This document shows positions 1-7,761 of a stretch of DNA of 24,000 nt, in pieces. Under the pieces are notes generated by a model, which did no database searches, was not told where the DNA came from, and saw only the letters and a list, made by a program, of their open reading frames with translations. Both the position numbers and the translations under genes were made by a program. How positions within the stretch are numbered: position 1 is the stretch's first letter; the number at the start of each line of letters is the position of its first letter. The stretch is from Candidatus Woesearchaeota archaeon (GTDB lineage: Archaea; Nanobdellota; Nanobdellia; Woesearchaeales; GW2011-AR15), in contig JAVZBY010000009.1 of NCBI GenBank assembly GCA_038874655.1, positions 19,156 through 43,155 on the forward strand, given 5' to 3'.

Positions 1-1123
1 CTTTCCCTGATAATAATTCTAAAGATGCACCCCCTCCTGTTGAAACTAAAGTCATTTTATCTTCTAAACCAAATTTAATTATGGCTTCTCCACTATCTCC
101 GCCACCAATGATTTTAGTTATGTTTAATTCTGCTAAATGCCTCGCAATATCCCATGTTCCTCTCTTAAATGGCTCCCATTCAAACACACCTATTGGGCCT
201 GCCCATACAACTGTTTTTGCTTTGCTTAGAATTTCTTTATATCCTGTTATAGTATAAGGGCCAATATCCATAATGATCCATCCTGTAATATCGTCTGGCA
301 AACCTGCACATCTTGTTTTTGCATTTTCTGAAAAAGAATCTGCACATATATAATCAACTGGCAAAGCTATTTTATTTGGATATTTTTCTAACATTTTTTT
401 TGCATAATCTAAATATTCTTTACTATACTTTGAATTTCCTATATTAAGGCCTTTTGCTTTTAAAAAGGTGTTTGCTAAAACACCACCTACAATTAGGGTA
501 TCCACTTTTTCAATTAATCTATCAATAACAGAGATTTTGTCTTCTTTTGCACCACCAATTATGGCAACAAAAGGTTTTTCTGGATTTTCCATTTTTTCTT
601 TTAAAAAAGTAACTTCTTTTTCCATTAAAAAGCCCATACAACTAGGTAAAAATTTTGGAATTCCTGAAACAGAGGCTTGGTCTCTATGACAAACACCAAA
701 AGCATCAAAAACAAAAAGATCTGCAAAAGATGCTAATTTCTCTGCTAATTTTAAGTCATTTTCTTCTTCGCCTTTATCAAATCTAATATTTTCTAACATT
801 ATCCTTTGAAAATCTGGTAAAACAGGAATGTTTCTAATATATGGGTTACTGTGAAACATAAAATCTTTCCCTAGTAATTGATTTAATCTTTCACAAACAG
901 GTTTTAGAGAAAATTCTGGTTGATATGATTCGGGTCTGCCCAAATGGCTTATTATTATTAATTGCTTAGGTTTTTTTTCTAAAATGTATTCTATTGTTGG
1001 AATTGCTTTTCTTATTCTAGAATCATCACTAATCACATTATTTTTTATGGGTACATTAAAATCAACTCTTAAAAGAACTCTTTTATCCTTAAAATTAAAA
1101 TCTTTTAATTTAAAATACATCAT
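1..1123 (-). CDS. pgk: Phosphoglycerate kinase, C-terminus truncated by window edge
   Basis: Manual reverse-strand translation gives MMYFKLKDFNFKDKRVLLRVDFNVPIKNNVISDDSRIRKAIPTIEYILEKKPKQLIIISHLGRPES...FDAFGVCHRDQASVSGIPKFLPSCMGFLMEKEVTFL...VAIIGGAKEDKISVIDRLIEKVDTLIVGG...WAGPIGVFEWEPFKRGTWDIAR...IIGGGDSGEAI. These are classic PGK motifs. The ORF has no stop inside the window, which is probably why the supplied track omits it. The alternative start is the adjacent ATG at 1120. Confidence 0.96.
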   Translation of the reverse strand, partial: MMYFKLKDFNFKDKRVLLRVDFNVPIKNNVISDDSRIRKAIPTIEYILEKKPKQLIIISHLGRPESYQPEFSLKPVCERLNQLLGKDFMFHSNPYIRNIPVLPDFQRIMLENIRFDKGEEENDLKLAEKLASFADLFVFDAFGVCHRDQASVSGIPKFLPSCMGFLMEKEVTFLKEKMENPEKPFVAIIGGAKEDKISVIDRLIEKVDTLIVGGVLANTFLKAKGLNIGNSKYSKEYLDYAKKMLEKYPNKIALPVDYICADSFSENAKTRCAGLPDDITGWIIMDIGPYTITGYKEILSKAKTVVWAGPIGVFEWEPFKRGTWDIARHLAELNITKIIGGGDSGEAIIKFGLEDKMTLVSTGGGASLELLSGK

Positions 1124-1251
1124 TAACACCTCTTTTTTAAAAAAGTTTATGTGTTTTGAAAGATTATTGTTTTATATAAAAATTTCTTTTTATGAAATTT
1201 AAGTTTTATAAATAATTATTTATCCATACTTATATAAAACATCACTTTAAT

Positions 1252-2094
1252 TTAAACATCTATCCCGATATATTTTCTTAAAATGAAACCAACTAAAAAG
1301 CTTATTAATGCTACTGTTAAAGATATGATTGCCATTTCAATAAATTTTGGCAAGAATTTTGTGTTTTTTGCTGTTGAGATATAAAAAGTGTAAAAAGCTA
1401 TTATAGATATTGTTGTGGATAACATTATTATCATTGAAAGCATTACATTATTAATTAAAATAAAAGGAAGTATTAAAAGTAAGACTGTTATTATATAAGC
1501 GATTCCTGTATATGTTGCACCTTTTAATGAATCTTTATTGTTCTCTTCTTTTGAAGATAAATAGGCTGATGCTGCCATTGACATAGATGCAGCAAAACCA
1601 GTAATAAAACCTACTGTTGCAATTAATTTGCCATTTTGTATTGCTAATGATAAGCCTGCTAATGCTCCTGTTAATTCTACTAAGGCATCATTTAAACCTA
1701 AAACAATTGAACCCGCATATTCTATTCTTGAATCTTTTAGAATATTTATTAGTGCATTTTCATGATTATGCTCATCTTTTAACAATGTTTTAAAATCCTC
1801 ATGTTTTTGTGTTTCATAAAGTTTTTGTGCATATTGTTCTCCTTTTTCCATTAATCTTATTGCAAAAGAAATCCCAAAAATTTTAGCTAAAAAAGAATAT
1901 AAAAAAATTTTAAATTTATCTGGTTGGACATCTTTATTAGAATGTTTTTTTAAAATATTGTAATGCTTTAATTCATCATTAGATAATTTTTCAAGTGTTT
2001 TTTTATTATAATTATCTTTAGATCTTTTTGCTAAATTTAAATAAATAAAGTGTTCTGTTATTTCGTTTTTTTGTGCTTTTAGGATGAGGTTCAT
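1252..2094 (-). CDS. VIT1/CCC1-type Fe2+/Mn2+ transporter family membrane protein with N-terminal ferritin-like (rubrerythrin-type) domain
   Basis: The N-terminal helical part carries E/H motifs (EITEHFIYLNLAKRS, EKLSNDELKHYNIL, KDEHNHE). The C-terminal part has the VIT signature (GSIVLGLNDALVELTGALAGLSLAIQN, GFITGFAASMSMAASAYLSSKEE) and several transmembrane helices. Confidence 0.88.
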   Translation of the reverse strand: MNLILKAQKNEITEHFIYLNLAKRSKDNYNKKTLEKLSNDELKHYNILKKHSNKDVQPDKFKIFLYSFLAKIFGISFAIRLMEKGEQYAQKLYETQKHEDFKTLLKDEHNHENALINILKDSRIEYAGSIVLGLNDALVELTGALAGLSLAIQNGKLIATVGFITGFAASMSMAASAYLSSKEENNKDSLKGATYTGIAYIITVLLLILPFILINNVMLSMIIMLSTTISIIAFYTFYISTAKNTKFLPKFIEMAIISLTVALISFLVGFILRKYIGIDV

Positions 2095-2192
2095 TTTAAT
2101 TTTTTAATTTTTTTCTAAATCTTGGTAAATATTTTTTAATGTTATCATAAAATTTTTTAAAGATATCTTTAAAATTTATTTAAAATTTTGTT

Positions 2193-2837
2193 TTAATCTA
2201 TATAACCTTTAACAATTAATCTCCCCATTGGTGTTAAATCTACTGAAACTTTGCCTTTTTCTTCTTTTGTTTCAACTAAGCCCATTGTTTTTAAACCTTC
2301 TGATTTTAAATTGCCGTTTATATGATAAGAAATTAAAGGTAAACTCATTCCAGTAAGTTTACTTAATTCTTCTAACGAAGAACAACAATTTTTATCATAC
2401 AATATTTTTAAAATTTGCATTTTTTTATCTGGAATCATTCTATAATAACTGAATTTCATTACTGGAAGCATCATTACTTCATTTCCTGATGTTGCAAATG
2501 CCTTAAAACCATTAACAAATGCAGCACTTGTTGCTGCACATCTCGTAACTTTGTCACCTGTTGCAACATTGACTAAAACTTCTTTGTCTTTTTCATTAAT
2601 CTTTATTTCTGATATTGCTTTAAAGATATTCTCCCATATCTCTATTTCAGAATCCCCTTCTATAAAGATTATATGCATAGGAATTTTGTATTTTTCTAAA
2701 TCTTGCTTTAATTTATTTGCTTCTTCTTTTTTAGATAAAGGTGAAACTAGTATAACTTTTTCAGTTGGAAATTCTTTTAAACCAACAAATAATGCATCTG
2801 GGTTATCACCCATTGGAGCTATTATAATATATTTCAT
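2193..2837 (-). CDS. Transcriptional regulator with CARF-like Rossmann domain and C-terminal winged HTH (DUF6293/Csa3-like family)
   Basis: MKYIIIAPMGDNPDALFVGLKEFPTEKVILVSP and VNVATGDKVTRCAATSAAFVNGFKAFATSG resemble the ligand-binding folds of Csa3/HFX_2341-like proteins. The C-terminal MQILKILYDKNCCSSLEELSKLTGMSLPLISYHINGNLKSEGLKTMGLVE is a wHTH. Confidence 0.65.
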   Translation of the reverse strand: MKYIIIAPMGDNPDALFVGLKEFPTEKVILVSPLSKKEEANKLKQDLEKYKIPMHIIFIEGDSEIEIWENIFKAISEIKINEKDKEVLVNVATGDKVTRCAATSAAFVNGFKAFATSGNEVMMLPVMKFSYYRMIPDKKMQILKILYDKNCCSSLEELSKLTGMSLPLISYHINGNLKSEGLKTMGLVETKEEKGKVSVDLTPMGRLIVKGYID

Positions 2838-2962
2838 GAATAAAAAAAAATTGATTTTTGTTTATATAATTTTTTATTTGATTTTTAAAATTTAATTTAA
2901 AAGAATTTGAAAAAGGTTTTTTATTTTTTTATTATTTAGATAGGAATTTTATTTAAGATAAG

Positions 2963-2970
2963 TTTAAATA
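2963..2970 (+). promoter_or_regulatory. Probable archaeal TATA box (TTTAAATA) for top6B, leaderless configuration
   Basis: TTTAAATA ends 23 nt before the ATG at 2993. The expected transcription start (about 25 nt downstream of the box) would fall at or beside the ATG. Confidence 0.5.
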
Positions 2971-2992
2971 CCCTTATTTTTTTGAAAAATCT

Positions 2993-4816
2993 ATGCAAAC
3001 AAAATTAAATCCTAATGAAAATGAAAAATTAGAAAATAAAAACAATGAAAGTAATGAAAATAATTTTGATAATATAATTGATAATAAAAAGACAAATGAA
3101 AAAAAAGATAATGAAAATAACAAACCTATTGCGTTAGAATTAGCTAAAAAGCAGAGAGAAATTTCAATTGCTGAATTTTTTGAGAAAAATAGACATTTGT
3201 TAGGATTTGATAACAGAAAAAAAGCATTGTTAACTACAATAAAAGAAGCTGTTGATAATTCTTTAGATGCATGTGAAGAGGCAAAAATTCTTCCTGAAAT
3301 AGTTGTTATGATTACAGATATGGGTAATTATAGATATAGAGTTTTAATTGAAGATAATGGCCCTGGAATTGTTAAAGAACAAATTCCAAATATTTTTGCT
3401 AAATTACTTTATGGAAGCAAGTTTCATCGCTTAAAACAAAGTAGAGGACAACAAGGTATTGGAATTAGTGCTTCTGTAATGTATGGACAATTAACTACTG
3501 GAAGACCTGCAAAAATAATTTCTAAAATTGGGCCTAATTATCCTGCATATGAGATTGAATTAAAATTGGATACTAGTAAAAATAAACCAATTATTGTATC
3601 TCAAAAAGAGATTGAATGGCATAGAGATCATGGAACTAGTGTTGAAATAGATTTGGAAGGTGATTATTTAAAAGGTTCTCAATCTGTTGATGAATACTTA
3701 AAACAAACAGCAATAATAAATCCACATGCCACTATTATTTATCAACCTCCAAATGGAAGCCAAATTATGTTTGTAAGAGCAACAGAAGAATTACCAAAAG
3801 AAGCTAAAGAAATAAAACCACATCCTTATGGTGTTGAATTAGGTATGTTAATGAAGATGCTCGAGAACACAGAATATAGAACTTTACAATCATTTTTAAT
3901 TAATGAATTTTCAAGAGTCGGAAGTGGAACTGCAAAAGAGATATGTGAACATGCTTTTTTATTGCCTAACACAGATCCAAGAAAGATGAGTAGAGAAATG
4001 GCTGAAAAATTAATGGAGGGAATTAAAAAAACAAAAATAATGAATCCACCAACAGACACAATTTCTCCAATTGGAAAAGAGCTATTAGAAAAAGGGTTAA
4101 AAAAGGAGATTAATGCTGAATTTTATACCTCAACAACAAGACCTCCTGCTGTATATAGAGGAAATCCTTTTATTGTTGAAGCTGCTATTGCATATGGAGG
4201 TAATTTGCCAGAAGAAGAACCAGTTGAAGTATTAAGATTTGCTAATAGAGTTCCATTGCTTTATCAACAAGGTGCTTGCGCAATAACAAAAGCAATTACA
4301 ACAACAAATTGGAAATCTTATGGATTAAAACAAAGCACAGGAAGTTTACCAATTGGCCCGTGTGTTATTCAAGTCCATATAGCATCTGTTTGGGTACCTT
4401 TTACAAGTGAAGCAAAAGAAGCTATTGCTCATTATCCTGAAATAATAAAAGAAGTAAAGCTTGCATTACAAGAAGTTGGTAGAGAATTAGGCAAATATTT
4501 GAGTAAAAAACAAAGATTAAAACATGAATTAACAAAAGTTGATTATATATCAAAATATCTACCTCATGTAAGTTCTGCATTACAAGAAATATTAAAATTA
4601 GATGAAAATGAAAAACAAAGATTAGAGCAGCATTTAAGAGTAGTTTTAGAAAAAACAAGAAGCGTTAAGATGGATGAATTAGAAGAATTAAAGAAGGATT
4701 ATGGGCCAAAAATAAAAAGAGAATCTATTGAGGACTATGAATATATAGAGAATGAAGATGAAGTTTATGAAGAAGACAATAGTGAAAAAAAGAAAATCAG
4801 AAAATTTGGATTTTGA
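2993..4816 (+). CDS. top6B: Type II DNA topoisomerase VI subunit B, with N-terminal Asn/Lys/Glu-rich low-complexity extension
   Basis: GHKL motifs [50 protein letters not shown] and the [21 protein letters not shown] region. It is directly followed by Top6A. Confidence 0.97.
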   Translation: MQTKLNPNENEKLENKNNESNENNFDNIIDNKKTNEKKDNENNKPIALELAKKQREISIAEFFEKNRHLLGFDNRKKALLTTIKEAVDNSLDACEEAKILPEIVVMITDMGNYRYRVLIEDNGPGIVKEQIPNIFAKLLYGSKFHRLKQSRGQQGIGISASVMYGQLTTGRPAKIISKIGPNYPAYEIELKLDTSKNKPIIVSQKEIEWHRDHGTSVEIDLEGDYLKGSQSVDEYLKQTAIINPHATIIYQPPNGSQIMFVRATEELPKEAKEIKPHPYGVELGMLMKMLENTEYRTLQSFLINEFSRVGSGTAKEICEHAFLLPNTDPRKMSREMAEKLMEGIKKTKIMNPPTDTISPIGKELLEKGLKKEINAEFYTSTTRPPAVYRGNPFIVEAAIAYGGNLPEEEPVEVLRFANRVPLLYQQGACAITKAITTTNWKSYGLKQSTGSLPIGPCVIQVHIASVWVPFTSEAKEAIAHYPEIIKEVKLALQEVGRELGKYLSKKQRLKHELTKVDYISKYLPHVSSALQEILKLDENEKQRLEQHLRVVLEKTRSVKMDELEELKKDYGPKIKRESIEDYEYIENEDEVYEEDNSEKKKIRKFGF

Positions 4817-4873
4817 AGAAAATAATTATGAAGAATATGAAAATGAAGAATAAGATTAAACGGATGATGTAAA

Positions 4874-5968
4874 ATGACTGAAAATCAAGAACCAGTTCCT
4901 GAAAAAATAAAAAAAATATCAATGAAAATTTATAATGAAATAATCAATGAGCAAAAACCAGAAATAAATATGCCATTGAGAAGTTTGGCTAATGTCACAT
5001 ATGATGAGAAGGTTGGATATTTTGAATTGGATAACAAATTTAAATCTAGAACATTAACAGCATCAACAGTAAAGACATTTGCACAAACATTAAGGATGAT
5101 GGCACTCTCAAAAAATATTGTAGAAACAGATGATATTGCAACAAAGAGAGAAGTTTATTATGTAAGTAAAAATTGGGGAGATGCTAGATTTCATGAGCAA
5201 ATAGAATCTGATACTGTTATGGATGATATTGAAGCAATGTTTATGGTAAATAGAGAGCAACTAGGTTTTATTCCTGAAGAAAAAGGAGGTGATGTTGCAG
5301 GAAAATTAATTGTTATTGATAAAGATCCTGATACTGGAAAAGAATTAAGAATTGATTGCACAAAGTTTGGCTCCGGTGCATATTCTATTCCTATTTCTGT
5401 TGAGCATTTAAAATTTGAGACAGATGCGAAATTTATTTTAGCAATTGAAACAGCAGGTATGTTTCAAAGATTAGTTAAGCATGCATATTGGAAAACTGCT
5501 AATTGTATTTTAGTTTCAATGGGAGGAGTTCCTACTAGAAGTGTTAGAAGATTTATAAGAAGATTGGCAGATGAGAAAGGAATTCCTGTTTATGTTTTCA
5601 CTGATGGAGATCCTTATGGTTTTTTGAACATTTATAGAACTTTAAAAGTTGGGAGTGGTAATGCTGCTCATATTAACAAATATTTTTGTGTGCCACAAGC
5701 AAAGTTTTTTGGAATTACAACACAGGACATAATTGATTATAAATTACCAACTCATCCATTAAAAGATGTTGATATTAAAAGAATAAAAGATGGTATTAAA
5801 AATGATCCTTTTGTTAAACATTATAAACAATGGGAAAAAGCATTAATAGAAATGGCTAAAATGAAAAAAAGAGCAGAACAACAGGCATTAGCTCAATGGG
5901 GTTTAAATTTTGTTATTAGCAATTATTTGCCTGATAAATTGAAAAATCCGAAAAGCTGGTTGCCTTAA
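4874..5968 (+). CDS. top6A: DNA topoisomerase VI subunit A (Spo11-like)
   Basis: The KREVYYVSKNW motif contains the catalytic tyrosine. Toprim-type region: ILVSMGGVPTRSVRRFIRRLADEKGIPVYVFTDGDPYGFLNIYRTLKVGSGNAAH. Confidence 0.97.
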   Translation: MTENQEPVPEKIKKISMKIYNEIINEQKPEINMPLRSLANVTYDEKVGYFELDNKFKSRTLTASTVKTFAQTLRMMALSKNIVETDDIATKREVYYVSKNWGDARFHEQIESDTVMDDIEAMFMVNREQLGFIPEEKGGDVAGKLIVIDKDPDTGKELRIDCTKFGSGAYSIPISVEHLKFETDAKFILAIETAGMFQRLVKHAYWKTANCILVSMGGVPTRSVRRFIRRLADEKGIPVYVFTDGDPYGFLNIYRTLKVGSGNAAHINKYFCVPQAKFFGITTQDIIDYKLPTHPLKDVDIKRIKDGIKNDPFVKHYKQWEKALIEMAKMKKRAEQQALAQWGLNFVISNYLPDKLKNPKSWLP

Positions 5969-6012
5969 AATTGATTATTTTATCACTTAGATAATCTTAA
6001 AGCAATAAGTTA

Positions 6013-6337
6013 TTACCAAGAATTTTCAGAATCCTTAAATAAAGAAGGTAAACCAAAAATTAATCTTGCTCTGTTTACAAAATCAAATTCCTCTAATTTT
6101 AAAGCAATTGGTTTTAAATGTCCTTTGTCAATTTGCCAAATACTATACCTAATACCTCCAGGAATTTGTGATATTAATAAATCTAGGTTAGAATAATCAT
6201 TTATTTTTGAACCATGAGAAAAATTATGAATAGTAGGAACTATAGAAATTGTAATTATATAACCTAAATCAGTTAAGATATGAATGCTTCATGAACATTT
6301 TTTAAAGATATTTCTCCATATATCATTTATTAACATT
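6013..6337 (-). pseudogene. Small protein gene (about 107 aa) interrupted by a 1-nt frameshift; no assigned family
   Basis: From ATG at 6337, frame A reads MLINDIWRNIFKKMFMKHSYLN* (stop 6269-6271). A second frame is open from 6288 to the stop at 6013-6015 and reads SIHILTDLGYIITISIVPTIHNFSHGSKINDYSNLDLLISQIPGGIRYSIWQIDKGHLKPIALKLEEFDFVNRARLIFGLPSLFKDSENSW*. Deleting one base in the overlap joins them as ...MKHSYLTDLGYIITISIV.... Confidence 0.5.
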
Positions 6338-6434
6338 TTTATCCTATTATACTTAAAGGTTTCTATTTTTTTAAAAAAATTAGTTAATAATTATCCAAAA
6401 CATTTTAAAATAGAAAGAAAATCCTTTATTTAAA

Positions 6435-6534
6435 GGCCTAGTAGCTCAGCTTGGATAGAGCGGCAGCCTTCTAAGATAATGCATAAATGCATCAAAGTCA
6501 GCTGAAGGTCGGGGGTTCAAATCCTCCCTAGGCC
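6435..6534 (+). tRNA. tRNA-Arg(TCT), with a 26-nt intron at 37/38 (intron about 6474-6499)
   Basis: Acceptor GGCCTAG/CTAGGCC. D arm GCTC...GAGC. Loop CTTCTA|A with anticodon TCT at 6470-6472. T arm GGGGG TTCAAAT CCTCC. Confidence 0.93.
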
Positions 6535-6646
6535 ATAATCAATTTCCATTCTTAAACTTTAAAAAAAAGTATGGTTTTATTTATAGTATTTATAAAGTTT
6601 AAATTATTATATTTAAAATATTTGTGCTTTAAATTGTAAAGATTAT

Positions 6647-6775
6647 GCCACGGTCGCATAATGGTATTGCGAGGGTCTCGAATATAAAATATATGCAAAA
6701 AAATTATGTGAAAAGATTAATTATACAGAAAACCCTTGCCGAAAGGCATTCTCGGTTCGAATCCGAGCCGTGGCG
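6647..6775 (+). tRNA. tRNA-Ser(CGA), with long variable arm and a 48-nt intron at 37/38 (about 6683-6730)
   Basis: Acceptor GCCACGG/CCGTGGC plus G73. Anticodon stem AGGGT/ACCCT with CGA at 6679-6681. Variable arm TGCCGAAAGGCATT. T arm CTCGG TTCGAAT CCGAG. Confidence 0.93.
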
Positions 6776-6790
6776 TTTTTTTTATGTTTT
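6759..6790 (+). repeat. Direct repeat copy 1 (32 bp): T-arm 3' part and acceptor 3' strand of tRNA-Ser plus T8 tract
   Basis: GAATCCGAGCCGTGGCGTTTTTTTTATGTTTT, identical to 6859-6890. Confidence 0.95.
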
Positions 6791-6853
6791 GCGATAGCAA
6801 AACCTTTTTACGGAGTAAAAAGATTTTTGATTAAACTTTTGTTTAAAAGTTTA
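6786..6853 (+). other. Array of three consecutive perfect hairpins between the two repeat copies
   Basis: GTTTTGC-GATA-GCAAAAC (6786-6803). TTTTTAC-GGA-GTAAAAA (6805-6821). TAAACTTTT-GTTT-AAAAGTTTA (6832-6853). Confidence 0.8.
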
Positions 6854-6858
6854 GTTCT

Positions 6859-6890
6859 GAATCCGAGCCGTGGCGTTTTTTTTATGTTTT
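6859..6890 (+). repeat. Direct repeat copy 2 (32 bp): partial tRNA-Ser 3' end plus T8 tract, without the rest of the tRNA
   Basis: Exact 32-bp match to 6759-6790 at an offset of exactly 100 bp. Confidence 0.95.
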
Positions 6891-6950
6891 AATTTTCTTT
6901 TAGTTATATTTAATTAGTTTAAGATCTTAATATTTTTAGTAATATAAGAT

Positions 6951-7505
6951 TTAATAAGTTTTTTTTGCTAATTCAATATATCCTTCTGGAATGACAAATT
7001 TTCCGTTTTCTATCAAATATCTATAGGGTAAAATTACTTCTTGATATTTGCCAATTTTTATTTTTAATTTTTTAAATTTCATTTTTTCTATTGGCAAACC
7101 ATGTATTATTTTCCAAGCTACATATGCAGCTGTATTAGTAGACATTTGTACTTTACCTAAATTTCTTGAAGGATAATTTAATTTATTAGTTAATTCTTTT
7201 TTTGTCCTTTTTTGAGGTGGATAATCTCCTAAAATACCTCCAATTATTAGATAATCAAATTTATCATTTGGTGTTAAGGTTTGTTTAGCAAATGGATCTA
7301 AAACACATGCATTTTTGAAATTTAATTTTTCAATTTTTTCTTTATAAATGGTTCCATAATCTTTTAATTTCTCACTTGCTTTATCTGTTTTTATATTAGT
7401 AAAAATAATGTTTTCTTTACCTATTAATTGTGAGGCATGTATATATTCTAATAAAGACCATTTCCATAATCTTTTATCTAAATGCTCTATTATTATTTTT
7501 GTCAT
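6951..7505 (-). CDS. DUF431/Sfm1-like SPOUT-superfamily SAM-dependent methyltransferase
   Basis: Translation MTKIIIEHLDKRLWKWSLLEYIHASQLIGKENIIFTN...CVLDPFAKQTLTPNDKFDYLIIGGILGDYPPQKRTKKELT...RNLGKVQMSTNTAAYVAWKII matches the PF04252-type architecture. Confidence 0.82.
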   Translation of the reverse strand: MTKIIIEHLDKRLWKWSLLEYIHASQLIGKENIIFTNIKTDKASEKLKDYGTIYKEKIEKLNFKNACVLDPFAKQTLTPNDKFDYLIIGGILGDYPPQKRTKKELTNKLNYPSRNLGKVQMSTNTAAYVAWKIIHGLPIEKMKFKKLKIKIGKYQEVILPYRYLIENGKFVIPEGYIELAKKTY

Positions 7506-7526
7506 TAAAAAAAGAAAGTTGAAAAC

Positions 7527-7536
7527 TTTTATAAAT
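7527..7536 (-). promoter_or_regulatory. Probable TATA element for the 6951..7505 gene
   Basis: The minus strand reads ATTTATAAAA about 22-30 nt upstream of the ATG at 7505, compatible with leaderless transcription. Confidence 0.4.
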
Positions 7537-7584
7537 ATGTCAATTTTTTATAATTATTAAGTAAAATCAATTTGTAAAAATAAT

Positions 7585-7708
7585 GCGGGGGTAGCCAAGC
7601 GGCTAAGGCAGTCGCCTGCAGTGCTGCCGAATGCTATGGCTGTGTAGAGCCGAAAGGCAATGACATTTAGACAGCGACGATTCGAGGGTTCGAGTCCCTC
7701 CCCTCGCT
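7585..7708 (+). tRNA. tRNA-Cys(GCA), with a 51-nt intron at 37/38 (about 7622-7672)
   Basis: Acceptor GCGGGGG/CCCTCGC plus U73. Anticodon stem GTCGC/GCGAC, loop CTGCAG|A, GCA at 7618-7620. T arm GAGGG TTCGAGT CCCTC. Confidence 0.93.
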
Positions 7709-7761
7709 CTTTTTTTTTTATTATTTTATTAAAAATATTAAAAAACTTAAAAAAATAGAAA

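Noticed and set aside
468-1202. Plus-strand ORFs 468..689 and 984..1202
   Set aside because: They are antisense to, or extend slightly beyond, the well-supported phosphoglycerate kinase gene and have no recognisable motifs.
2551-2895. Plus-strand 114-aa ORF
   Set aside because: It lies opposite the CARF-like/wHTH regulator gene and shows low-complexity antisense composition.
6759-6890. Interpretation of the second tRNA-Ser 3' copy as a trans-spliced split tRNA half
   Set aside because: The copy begins only in the T-loop and lacks the 5' T-stem, variable arm and 37/38 junction, so it cannot serve as a normal 3' half. An att-type scar or duplication is more likely.
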